Assembly: GCA_965178125.1 (NCBI GenBank)
Contig: OZ237755.1
Span: 682,001-746,000 of the forward strand
DNA: 64,000 nucleotides
Direction: 5' to 3'
Origin: Bilabrum cf. latius
Lineage: Eukaryota
Translations under genes and position numbers: made by a program
In this document: positions 50,350 through 61,631 of the stretch, piece after piece
Layout: the number at the start of each line of letters is the position of its first letter
Numbering within the stretch: position 1 is the first letter of the stretch
Notes under the pieces: generated by a model
Seen by the model: only the letters and a program-made list of their open reading frames with translations
Told to the model about the DNA's origin: nothing
The model's database searches: none

Positions 50350-52788
50350 TCAGGACTTGTCAAGCGCCTCAGCTTCCTTCTCAATGCTCGCTGCCATGAG
50401 AAGTGCTTGCTCCACGTCCAGCTCCGACTGCTGCCTGCCGCTCGCGGCCGTGCTTGACCTCCCATCGCTAGCGACGCTTGCCGCCGACTGGCTTGCAGCT
50501 GGTGACAAGCTGCCAGCGATTGGTCTCGGCCTAAAGCCATCGTCTCCCAGCCGCTTCTTGCTGGGCGGCTATGTCGGCGAACTGCTGCTTGCAACGCCAG
50601 AGGATCCATCCTGCGATCGAGGACGCTTGGCACCGACGACTGGCGTTTGGCTCGCACTTGAGGCGGAGGATCCATCGTCGTTCGTGCTGTACCACGACCT
50701 GCCTTGTGACTTTGAGGAGACTGGCAGGCTAGGAGGGTGCACTAGCAATGCGCCTTGCGAGTTGCCATCAGCTGCATCGACATCAACGTCTTCATCCTCT
50801 TCATCCTCTTCATCCACATCCTTGTCTTCATCCTCGCTGTCCCCGTCTTCTGCTGACCCACCAAAGGCTGTTTCAGTCCCAAGCGTAGATTTCTTCGAGG
50901 TGGCTGCTGTCTCCGAGGCGGACGCCTTCGCTTTCGCCGACGAGCCACCGCTGCCCAGCTCTCCTGACCCTGTCGTAGCTGGCCTCAACAGACTTTTGAA
51001 AGTGTCAGATTGCAGTCTTCCGGTTGCGCCTGTGTGGCTTGCTCGCGACAAACTGCCAGCAGCGCCAGCCGTGGAGAGCACGCGAGACTGCGGCAGTCTC
51101 GAAGCTTGGGCCTAGCTGGGCCGCAGCGGCGCTGTTGTCGCTTGCTATCGGCCAGGGCTGGGCGACTTCTTTTTCGGCTTTGGCTTTGGCTTTGGCTTTG
51201 GCTTTGGCTTTGGCTTTGGCTTGGGCTTTGCAGCGGTTGCTGTTGACGCTTTTGGTAGCCGCTTTCGCTTGGCTTTGGCCCCGCTGCTAGCCGCACGTTC
51301 CTCATCCTCGTCCGATGACAAGGCAAGATCGACCATTTCTTCCTGCAGGACTTCTTGCTTTGCTTTGGCGGCCGCTGCTACCTCCTCGTCGTTCATGATT
51401 TCAAGGCCGTCCTCTTCGATCTTGAAGTCAGCGTTTACGTCCTTGCCTATGCTCAGGAGCTCTGGCACAAGTGACGTGCCAGAGTTGGTCAAGATACCCT
51501 TCCGAAGCCTCTCAAGCTCCTGCCTGAGCGCCTGCATGGGCGAATCGGAGGGGGTGCACATCCTGGGCAGCTCGTTCTCGTCGTACTCGATCGTGGGGTC
51601 TTTCTTGATCTCGGGGTATTCCGTGTCGCTGTCGTCGCTGTCTGAATCAGCGGCGTTACCAGCCCCCGATGACGCAGCCTGCGAACTGGATGAGCTGCCT
51701 GACGAAGCGTTCGCACTGCCAATCGCAGAGCCGGGAGCACCCTTGGCATTGCCCGATGATGCGCTTGCATCCTCCCTTGCTTTGCGCTTCGCAGCGAAGT
51801 GCTCCACATACCCCGGGCTGAATTTGGAGTCCCTGTGGTCGCACTCGCCTTTCACCGACTGCAGGCGCTCTGCCAGCTCCTCCATATACTCGACGGCGAA
51901 CTTTGAGTGCTTGGTGTACCACTTCAGGGTGAGTGCCTCCATGAGCAGAAGCTCGCCGACCAGGTATCTCAGCTCTGCAGCTGGCGGCAGCATCGTGCAG
52001 TACCCCAGCCACGCTGGTTTGCGGCCATGCCACGGAGGGAACACATTCATCCGTGTGACGAGCACGCTCAGCATGCGATTTCCCGTGAAGAGATGCTTGC
52101 ACCTGGTGAGGCACTGCTTGGTCCATCCTTGCTGGTCGCCGTTGTCAAACGCGTCCTGTCTCACATCATAGTGGTTGATCTGGACCAGAATGTCGAACGG
52201 CTGCAAGTGTCTGTGTTCTGCTAGCCAACTGGCTGTGAAGTTGCGGATCCTGTGCTGTCTTGGCCGCGTAGAGCCGGACGGGGCTGGGCCGGCCATCATC
52301 GGTTCCCGAAAATCGACCACGGGTGCGTGGTCCTGCGTGAAACCGCTGATTGCGAGACCGATTCCAGGAACTGGCTTGACTTTGAGGTGGTATGACCCAT
52401 CTTTGCAACGTTGTAATGTAGTCTTCCACTCGTACTGCCTATCGTCGAAAAGCTGAGCCACTTCGCGCAAATGGGAGCAATTCTTCAAGAGCTTGGAGTC
52501 TGCAAAGGCAGGGTTCGACATGAACCGACCACAGAAACCCAGCCTAGAATGATGATAGTCATTCCTACGCGTGTTGAATGCGTTTAACTCATCCGTGAAA
52601 AGCTGCAGTGCTTCTGCCTCGGTCTCCTCCCGCTCAGTTTCGTACTTCTCCTGGGCTGCCTTAAATTGCTTTCTCCCTTTCGCGTTGCTGGGAAACTGGG
52701 AAAGAAATGGCTTCTTCGGCCCATGTTCTGCAACATGCTTTTTAACAAAGACTCTCTTGTCTTCGTCTGTCGGCTCATACTCGTCCAT
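50350..52788 (-). CDS. Hypothetical ~812-aa protein with a PDZ-like domain and a low-complexity C-terminal half
   Basis: ORFs 51145-52788 and 50569-51081 are in frame via TAGs at 51145, 51112 and 50569; ends TGA 50350. PDZ-like pattern TTLQRCKDGSYHLKV...LAISGF...LQPFDILVQINHYDV. A small upstream exon is possible. Confidence 0.65.
51176..51230. repeat. (TTTGGC)n hexamer repeat encoding a (KP)n run
   Basis: About 9 units, translating to KPKPKPKP... on the minus strand. Confidence 0.9.
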
Positions 52789-53297
52789 TGTTTGTACGAG
52801 CAGCGGGAAATAGACGCTACTGTATCGACCAGAACACAGCCTATCTCAGCTGACTACAAGCTATGGGTCACAAAACGAAAATATTTGTTTGACTGGATAG
52901 TACAATTAGCGCAGCAGCTCAAGCAAGAGGCCGAAATCAGTGGATACGTTTTGCACTTGCTGTTCGGTTTAGTAGCGTGTTACCATCAGAGTAATCTGTA
53001 TTTTCATGCCGGTTGGAATAATGTGCATTCCTGGCACTTCGACCCGCTTCAATCATGGACAATGACCTTCCGTCTCATATGCGGAAAGAAAGAAGTGAAA
53101 TGGACGCTCTGGCCGATGCATATTCTCGAAAGCGAGATACAGGATCTCGATTTGGCTCAGTGGACCGGGTGCGGGTTCCACTGCAACCGGCACGCATGCC
53201 AGCCCCAAGATCAGGGGGACCGCCGTCCAATCACCCTGCCAGAAGCCATGAGCACAACTAGAAATATGTTGACTAGCAGAATGCTGCTCTGGAAGCG

Positions 53298-54611
53298 ATG
53301 GAAGACCTTGCAAGGGCTGGTGAGAGAAATGGAGGCCGGTTTGGGGGTGGCCGCGAGGCAGCCACTTCACGCAGTGGGGCATTCTCGCGCGGGAGTGTGG
53401 GCTCTGGTGTAGTCTCTCGAGGTGCTCCACGCGGGTATTCATCTGCATCGTCTCGAGCAGGGGCAGCGGACAGGTCGTCACTTGCCGCCGCGTTTGTGTC
53501 AGGCGGTGTAGGAGCAGCCCCTTCCCTGGTCGCCAGCCTGACTGACAATTGGAAGCGAGGACCCATTGATCCCAAGGGAAAACCTTTGGACCTGAGTGAT
53601 AGGCCGCTGCTCTGCAGCTCTACAGACGCAGCAAGAGGCGAAGTTGTGGTAGGCGGTTCGGACCACGCCTTGTACGTGATTGACGCAGCCACGGGGCAGC
53701 GAAGGCGAACCCTGTACTCGAAGCGGTACGGGCACGAAGAGTGGGTCACGGCAGTCACGCATCTCGCTGACGGGCGCGTCGTTTCGGGCGCGATGGACGC
53801 TAAGCTGTGCCTGTGGGACAGCTCTGGCGTGTCCTGCCAGGACTTGCGGGGGCACGTGGGCACCGTGAGCGATGTGGAGGTGTGTGGGGGTGTCATCGTC
53901 AGCACGGGATACGACAGGACCGTCCGGGTCTGGAGCGCTAGTTCCGGCTCCGAGTTGGCGGTTCTAAAGGGGCATTCAGGGCCTGTCCTGAAGGTCGTGT
54001 GCGGAGACGGGCTCGCGGTGAGCTGCGGCAGGGATGGGGTGGCGTGCGCTTGGGACCTCGAGAAGGGGTCCAGGCTCGGTTCAATGAAGGGCCACAAAGG
54101 GCACGTTACTTCCGCCGCGTGGCTGGGCAGGCCAGACACAGGGGCCGGGCTGGGCGCGAGCGTGTTTGCGACGGGGGCCCAGGATGGTCACGTCCGCGTG
54201 TGGGACTTGAGGGGCAAGCGAGCCCTGGCCAATGAGTTGGTACACGTGAGGCCAGAGGGCGTGGGAGCTGTGAACGGGCTGGTCATGACACCGGGGGGAG
54301 GTGGCAACGCCGGCACGTTGGTGTCGGCGGGTGCCGATGCCGCCGTGTGCACGCTAGACCCGAGGAAGGGCTTCACTGTGCGGACGCGCATGGAGCAGCA
54401 CAACGACTTTATCTACTCTCTGGAGGCGGCCGGTGACCTGGCATTCAGCGGTGCCGGCGACGGGGCGCTCCTGTGTCACGATTGTAAGGCAGACAAGCCG
54501 CTCTGGGCGCTGGGCGCGAACAAAGCTGCCGTGCGGTGCATTGGCGTTACGCCGAGCCGGCTCGTGGCAGCAGGCGACGACGGCCATGCGCTCGTGTACA
54601 GGTTTGACTGA
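53298..54611 (+). CDS. WD40-repeat protein, 437 aa
   Basis: Uninterrupted ORF with multiple GH...WD units (GHEEWVTAV...LCLWD, GHVGTV...VRVWS, GHSGPV...CAWD, GHKGHV...VRVWD). TGA stop, no TAG. Confidence 0.92.
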   Translation: MEDLARAGERNGGRFGGGREAATSRSGAFSRGSVGSGVVSRGAPRGYSSASSRAGAADRSSLAAAFVSGGVGAAPSLVASLTDNWKRGPIDPKGKPLDLSDRPLLCSSTDAARGEVVVGGSDHALYVIDAATGQRRRTLYSKRYGHEEWVTAVTHLADGRVVSGAMDAKLCLWDSSGVSCQDLRGHVGTVSDVEVCGGVIVSTGYDRTVRVWSASSGSELAVLKGHSGPVLKVVCGDGLAVSCGRDGVACAWDLEKGSRLGSMKGHKGHVTSAAWLGRPDTGAGLGASVFATGAQDGHVRVWDLRGKRALANELVHVRPEGVGAVNGLVMTPGGGGNAGTLVSAGADAAVCTLDPRKGFTVRTRMEQHNDFIYSLEAAGDLAFSGAGDGALLCHDCKADKPLWALGANKAAVRCIGVTPSRLVAAGDDGHALVYRFD

Positions 54612-55038
54612 TTTGTCTCAGTCTTATTTGATCGCGCGGTTCATCTGCCGTAGCGGCATCGGACCGATAATATTCGGTGGCTCTTGCTCTGGCCCGCCCT
54701 GTTCTCTTTGGTGGACATGTGGCGACAGAGCATAGTTTGGTACCTCTGGGCAAATGTCTGTGGGTTAGTGGTCTCAAAACTCCTGACAGAGGGGCGTGCC
54801 GGTGGTGGCTGCTGCCGATGAGGTAGTGTTGCTTGTAATTGCTTTGTTGCAAGGCTTAGCACCAAGAATAATAATGAAATCCCGGATAAACACCACACGA
54901 CAAATTGATGCCCCGACATGCACTCTCGCACGGATTGACTCGGAGACTGGCACGTTCACGGGCGACCGAGCCCGGCAGGGATGGCATGTTGCTCCTCATC
55001 CTGCCCACTGGGTGCTCCTCCAACCACCGCCCGGGTGC

Positions 55039-58000
55039 TCACGATGCTGCGTTGGACCGCCAGTCGTACTCGAAGAAATCAACCCGCACAGCACGCACCT
55101 TGCCCGGAGTGGACGGGGCTGGTGCTCGCTGCATATCTGAGTCCGACTCAGACGAAGTGATCCCCTTCCAAACTACATCATGCCGTGTGTACTCACCATC
55201 CAAAGCTGGACAGTTGGCCGGGAGCCACCTAGGAAGCCCGTCAGGCGCGATGGGCCCCAAAAAATCCTAGCAAGCAGCCGTAGGAGCACCTGCTCCCCTA
55301 CCGGATTCTGTAGTCTTAGAATGGCAGGTACTCGGCTTCAGCAGACCTAGCGCGACGAGCGAGCACCCATGTTTCCCACATGAGCCTCTGGCAGGCGCAC
55401 CTGGGCTGGCCCCGCTGCTGCTCGCTCTAGAAGTTTGTGCAGATACCGGTTCAATCGCCCACTTGCCACTCAATGCGGAGGACGCAGGGCTAGTGCCATG
55501 CAAGAAGCCACCGGCCTGTGCACCAGCCCCTACCATCGAGCCAGCACCGATCGGTGCCCGAGTCTAGTCGCCCTTGCGCTGCTGCGCCGTTGCTTGCTCC
55601 CTGGCACGCACCGTCCTTGCCGCAGCCGCCGCTAGACCTGAACCCACCCACCCCAGAGCACTCGCAATGGCGGCACGGACCGGTGGTGGGCCATACCTGA
55701 ACGCAAACCGGACGATCGCCCCGTAGGAATTCCTCTGCCCTGCGCATGGCCTCCATCCCAAGTCCGGGCGGATGCTACCTGCGGAACTGGAACGGGCGCC
55801 GCGCACCGACAGCCCGGACCGAGTTGTCTCCCTGCTGCCTGTTTGGCTGACGATCCGACGGATTGAACCCTCCTCCTCTTCAGAACCCGTCCTAGCGGAA
55901 GCGCTTCCCGCGGCGCTGGTATCTCCAGTTCGTGCCCCACGTTCCGAAGAATCGCGGTAGCTTGTCGTGGATGCTGTAGGGCTCGCCCCACCGCCATGTG
56001 GCCCAGGTGGTCCCACTGCAGCGCCCTTAACGTCATCTTCCATCCAGCCAACCGCCGCCCCCAGCCCGAAGCAACCGTTCCAGCTTCCGCCAAAGTCGCA
56101 CATGTACCAGCTGAACAGCTTGCTCATTCGCACGTGCACGCTGCCTGCCTTCGGCACACAAGACGCGCCCTTTCCACTCGCAGTAGCGCAAGCACCCGCA
56201 GCATCAATAGCCCGCTCCAAAGCCCTTTCTGCGCCGTCGCCTTCTGCCATTGACGCAGCCCAAGCCCACAGGACTGCTGCGTCGGTGGCGCGGCCATTCC
56301 CACGCTCGCTCGTACCACCAGCGGCAGATCCTCCCGAACCGCCCTCTTTGCTTCCTCCCTTACGCGCGCTGTCTTCCTGCGATTTGCACACCCAGTTCAG
56401 CGACAGCCCTAGCCTCACGTCGAGAGACCTGGGGTCGCTGAGAAACGCCTCGGCTGCGAGGTCCAGGGCTTTCCCGAGGGGCGAATCCAGCCCAGGGAGA
56501 CCGTTCGTTGTTCCCTGGGCAACAGATCGGGTCGACGGCTTGGTCGCAACCGTGTCATCGACCACTCGGTCCTTCATGCTCGCCTGAGGCATGGCAACCG
56601 AGGTCCCGGAGCTGCCCGAACCTGTGCTCGCAGACCGCTGGCGAGGCCTCCCCAAAGCTGAAGGACCCGCACCGCTGTTGCTGCTGCTCTCAGAGTCCAA
56701 GCTGTTCGCACAGCCCGCACCAGATGCTGGAGGTTGTGCCGCGCTGTCCAGGCTCTGGTAGGCGGTCGTGCGCGAAGTTGCTTGCAGCTCCAGCATCTCC
56801 ACGCGGTCTGTGTCCCTGGCTGCAGCTGAAGACAGGACGGGCGAGAGCATCGAAGCAGACCTACGCCTGCGCGACCGAGGACCGTACACATCCGTGTCTT
56901 CGCCTTCGTCCTCGTCTTCTTGCCCAGGCTCCCTGGCCTGTCCAGGTGCCTCCCCTGCCGCCGCCACCGATGATGGTGATGATCCAGCATGGACAACAGG
57001 AACAGGGGCAGGGGTGCCTGCCGTCTCCTCCTCAGCCTCAACTTCAAGGTCACCTGCATCATACAGCCGGAGCGGCGGGCACGCCCTCGCACCGCACACG
57101 AGAGCAAAGTGCACCCTGCAATCGGTGCCACCGCCGCGCGCCAGTGCATTTGACTGCCTGGCGTCTCCAGCCGCGAAAGGCTGCCCGCACATCCACTGGG
57201 GTAGCACGGAGGGCGGGCTCTTGTTCCCTCGAAGCACCCCGTGCTCGATGTCATCGAGGGTGTACTTCCAGGGCCCGATACGGTAGGACACCCCGCCGCT
57301 GCCGAAGAGCTTCCGCCGGCCCCAGGCGCTCAGCGTGGCCGCAGGTGCTTCGGCGCCGCGCGTAGCCGCGTGACCAGGTTCCGCAAGCGCGGCCTCTGAT
57401 TCCGGGTTGGTGCAAAGCAGCGCCAGCGCGTGCAGACAGAGCGCGTTGTACAGGTTTAGGAAGAAGGCTGCCCTGTGCGCCGGAGGCAGTGCCGATGGGT
57501 CGCACGCCTGCAGCGCAGCAGCCTGCTGCACGTAAGCAGCAAGCGCGCTCCCCGCCCGCATCCTGCCGTAATCGACGTAGTGCCCGCACATGCTGAGGCT
57601 GTCCTCCAGCAGCTCCAGCTACCGAGAGTGAAGGTCCTTCGCTAGCTGCAGCGGATCCACCGGCGGGCCTGCGTACGCCGCCGCGCAGTTGAGCGGGAGG
57701 CCGCTTACCAGGCACTCGCGAGAGGCAGCGGCCGGCAGCGTGAGTCCGTTCCGGAGGAGAGGGATTTCATTCCCGCCACAAGCTGGTGTACCTTCCACTG
57801 CCCTTGTCCAGGGCTGCGGAACCTCCTGCGGCGCCGCGAAGGCCACGCCGGTGTACCCGTGGCTAGTTGGTCGCAATGCCGCGGCGCCTGTTAAGAGAGC
57901 CTCGTCGGCTGCAAACCGCCACAGCGAGTGCTCGCCTGACGACCCCTTGTTCCCTGGAAACACGTTGTTCCCTCGTGCCGATGCCACGGCCCCTCCGTTC

Positions 58001-59499
58001 GTTCCTCCTGCCGGTCGCCCGGTGCCCTACTCGCAGGCGCAATCGACCAGTCCAGGCTATCCATCCAGTAAGCTTGGAGCCGACGCAGCCGAGCTGGATT
58101 CTCTGCCGTGCGATGGCAATGTCGCTGCTGTTCTTGCTGAAGCAGGGATGTGCAGTGCCAGCGCGTCTAGTCGATCATAGGGGAGCAGACCGCTTTTGCC
58201 GGCTCGGACGAGCATACCTCGCCTGACCATCTGCTTCGCCAGATTGCTCGCTTTCTTGAAGGCAGCGCTCGCTTCGTGTGACGAGGGGCGCTGATCCTGC
58301 TATGATGAACCGCCGTCGTGGGACTAGCGGGCAGCAGAGGGTGCAACTGGAGACAAAGCAGCTGCTCGTGCTCCGTCCTACTTGCTCTCCGCCGGAACGA
58401 GTCCAAACAGGAGACTTGCTGCCACCAAACTGACCACTTCGTGGCCGTGAAGACATAAGTCCTGTCCTCCAAATCCGAAAAGGTTTGCCCCTTTCGATGC
58501 ATGCGGGCTTTGCACGCCCTAAGACGCTGCCCAGTCGGCCGCTCCACGCCACGTCACCAGCTGCTCGCCTTCCAGTTTCGCGCCGGTCCACGGGAGGCAG
58601 GGCTGCCTACCACGAGCATCCAAGCTAGCACCCTCCAATAAATTAGCCACCATGGCGCATGATGCACTGACTTTTGACAGCCACTCTCCTTCCCTTGCGA
58701 TGGTACCATGCAGCTTGCGTTGCTTGGCCAGACTAGCGCTGCGGCTGTGGCTCGTGCCAGAACCTGAACAGCCCTACCACACATCGCAAACCGAAGCCTG
58801 CAATACGTTTCCTAGGCAGCACGGTGACGGACTACCAACACTATCTCCACGCGGTCCTCTGCTTTGCACGCACGCTCGGCATGCGCAGCCGTTCCCAATC
58901 CTTTTTCTCTCTGCGACCCACTCACGAATCCGTTCGGCCCCAGCAACTGCTAAATCTCCAGTGAAGATAACTGGAACTACAACGGCGAATCCAGAGTTGG
59001 AAATGGGACGTGGATTTCGATTGAAACCCAACCCGTCAGAAGCACCACTTGCCTCGGGGCTCCACTGCAGGCTAGATTTCCAACGTTTTCGCAAAGCCGA
59101 CGCACCAGCTGCATCACATATTTTTACTTCGCGGAAAGTCACCCCTGCTTCTCGCAAGCAACACCGCGATGATCTACAGTGCGAACAAGCAGCAGCCGAG
59201 ACCAAGATGGGCGCCTCCTCGCGAAGCTCAGAGATTTGACCAGCACATAGCCGCACCAATGACTTTTTATATTTACCAGATCTTAATTCAACGCCAGTTG
59301 AATTCGAGGCAGAGCCGAGAGCACTGCTCTTGGACTCACGCACGCCCGTGACGGCCCCAGTTGCATCGATGAAAGTGTCGCCGCCCCTGGGTCTCCCAGC
59401 AACCCTTTCGACTTGAGCAGCAGGAAAACTAGATTCTGATACTTCATCAATACTTTCCCTGGGGAGCCTCGGCAGAATTACTGTGGAATTGCCCTCCAT
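55039..59499 (-). CDS. Glutaredoxin-DEP-DUF547 multidomain protein, ~1,486 aa (start uncertain)
   Basis: Grx-like ACSHCRSSRCCLREAGVTF...VVPVIFTGD. DEP-like CLHGHEVVSLV...ASNLAKQMVRRGML...SLWRF. DUF547 VDYGRM...AFFLNLYNAL...YTLDDIEHGVLRGN...RVHFALVCGARACP...MSKLFSWYMCDFG, with terminal VDFFEYDWRSN just before TGA 55039. Needs read-through of 10 TAGs (58774, 58519, 58378, 58324, 58300, 58057, 58027, 57619, 55564, 55267). Confidence 0.85.
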
Positions 59500-59992
59500 C
59501 CCCAGTGCCGTCTTGAAAGATTCCAGGCTCGTCAACAGGCGTACCACGTCCCGTGAACAATCTCAGGCTAGGACAAATAGCAAGTTGGGGTTGTGATGAA
59601 CTATATCACTCCTTTAGTTGAGTTCTGAGAGGTAGCAACTGGCCTCGCCCAGTGCCTGAGAAATGATAAGTTGGTGAAGTGGTGATGTGACAGCCTGATG
59701 AGGTCCCGCTGCAGCAGAAGCGACGTGGTGCAGCCTTCCGAAGGTGCCAACGGCACTATAACGGTTGAGCGCCGCAGTCTATGGTATCAGGAGATAGTCT
59801 ACCCTGTTTTTCTAGAGATGGCAAGTGCGCAGCTTTGTTTACGGCTCAGGGCCCGAATTGCTTGGGCCTCCAGCCTCGAGCCCAGAACGGCGACTCTGCT
59901 TTGTGTGATGAGTGCACAACCATGAAGATGAATGTGTGATAATAAAAATCGGCCTGCTTGAGGGGGGTTTTCAGCCGGAAATATCAAAAGCC

Positions 59993-60721
59993 ATGCGTAG
60001 AACTAGTGTGTTTAGAGCCATTAAATTATGTGCAACCGGATTTCGCGGAGCTAGTCCTATCTTCTGTGGAAGTATTCGATAGTTTGCTTCCGGATCTGAC
60101 GCAGTCGACAAGAACCTCAAAGCTGCGAGGGAAGCTGCCCGAGAAATGCAAGGAAAAGTCAAGCTGCAGTATAAGAAAGACCCGGGGCTTGCCAAATCGC
60201 TTGCCACAGCATCTTGCGTCGTGCCGGGATTCGTGGAGCCAATCAGCGATCAATCACCGCATTGTTTTGTGGCCAGGCAGCCAATGCACAATAAAGAAGG
60301 AGAATCCCACATCATGGGACTTGCTCCATCTACGGGTGGGAACGAGAACTATGGGTGCAGCGCTGACATGGTGCTGTAGGCCCTGCTCGGGTGCACCGGC
60401 ACGACGCTGCGCGCTGTGGCTTCGGCGCGAGGGGCCATATTCGACCGTTGCGTCATCGAGGCGGAAGGCGACTACGATGCGAGAGGCACACTAGGTGTCG
60501 ACAAGGCCACGCCTGTGGGAATGACGGCCGTTCGGCTCCGCTATCGATTCGAAGTTGGACGCTCAGTTGCTGCCGGGCATGTGATCGGGAGCGCGGACTG
60601 GGAGAAGGTGCTCGCCACGACGGAGAAGTACTGTGTTGTGGCTTAGACCCTAGCAGCAGGACTAGAGGGTGGAATCGAGACATCGTACGTCATCGACCAC
60701 TCGGCCGCAGACGAGGCGTGA
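59993..60721 (+). CDS. OsmC/Ohr-family protein with a putative mitochondrial presequence, 242 aa
   Basis: MRRTSVFRAIKLCATGFRGASPIFCGSIR(TAG)FAS...GLAPSTGG...CSADMVL(TAG)ALLGCTGTTLRAVA...AEGDYDARGTLGVDKATPVG...TEKYCVVA(TAG)TL; both family cysteines present. TAGs at 60080, 60377 and 60644; TGA at 60719. Confidence 0.88.
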
Positions 60722-61631
60722 GCAGAGGGTGTTAGCCTTAGGCCTACAGAAAAGTGGAACATCATTTACTGGTGACCATCTACATATGCCTGCAAGTACT
60801 GTTGACATCCGTAGTGATTTCAAGTAGAGCTGCAGGTCAGCAGGACCCCATGGGTGCAAAGTCGAGGACCAATCTGGTCACTGGACCCGCACGCTTGAGT
60901 CGGTCACCTTGCTGCTCCGTGTGGAAGCGACTGCAGCGACATGACCAGGAAGCGCGTGTTGTCGCTGCAGTCTTGCTTTGCTGCAACCAATCAGGCCAAA
61001 TTTTGACCTGACATGCCATGCCATGAAGCGCCCAAAGAATCAACCAGTTCACAGTGCCCTATTGAACCTAGACTACAGATCAGATTTGTTCCACACCGAT
61101 CGGATCACCACTGGCTGGCAGTTGTCAAAAAGGAAAAGTCCTGCTCCCGGTCCCGCGGACCCACTGGGCTTTACCCCGCACGACTGGTTCTTCACCAGCC
61201 CACCTGCATGCGGTATTCCTCTGATACTACGGATGTACACACCACTTTCACAATGCATATCGACTGGCCTCGTTGCCACATGGCTTCCTGTTTCTGTTCC
61301 CCGCCCTAGGGACCGTGTGCGCTGCTCCCTGTATCGCCACCTTGGCCCTATCCTCTCAGCTTGCATGTGGAGGTCCTGGCCTAGCTGCCGTGCGCCCCAT
61401 CCATCCACCCGCCTGTTGGCCCTCTGCGCGCTGCTGGCCGTACAGCCCGCTGCCACTCGCGTTTCAACTGTGCCTGGCTCATGGAGCCCCCTTCTTCCCG
61501 TTGTGCTCCCCCATTGACTCCGCGCTATTGCCGCATGTGCTGGTGTCCCCTCCTGTCCTCCTGTCCGTCGGCGTCCGCCTCTTCCGGCTCACCTCTGCTC
61601 CCGCCCACTTCCGTCCTGATCTTCAAGAACA

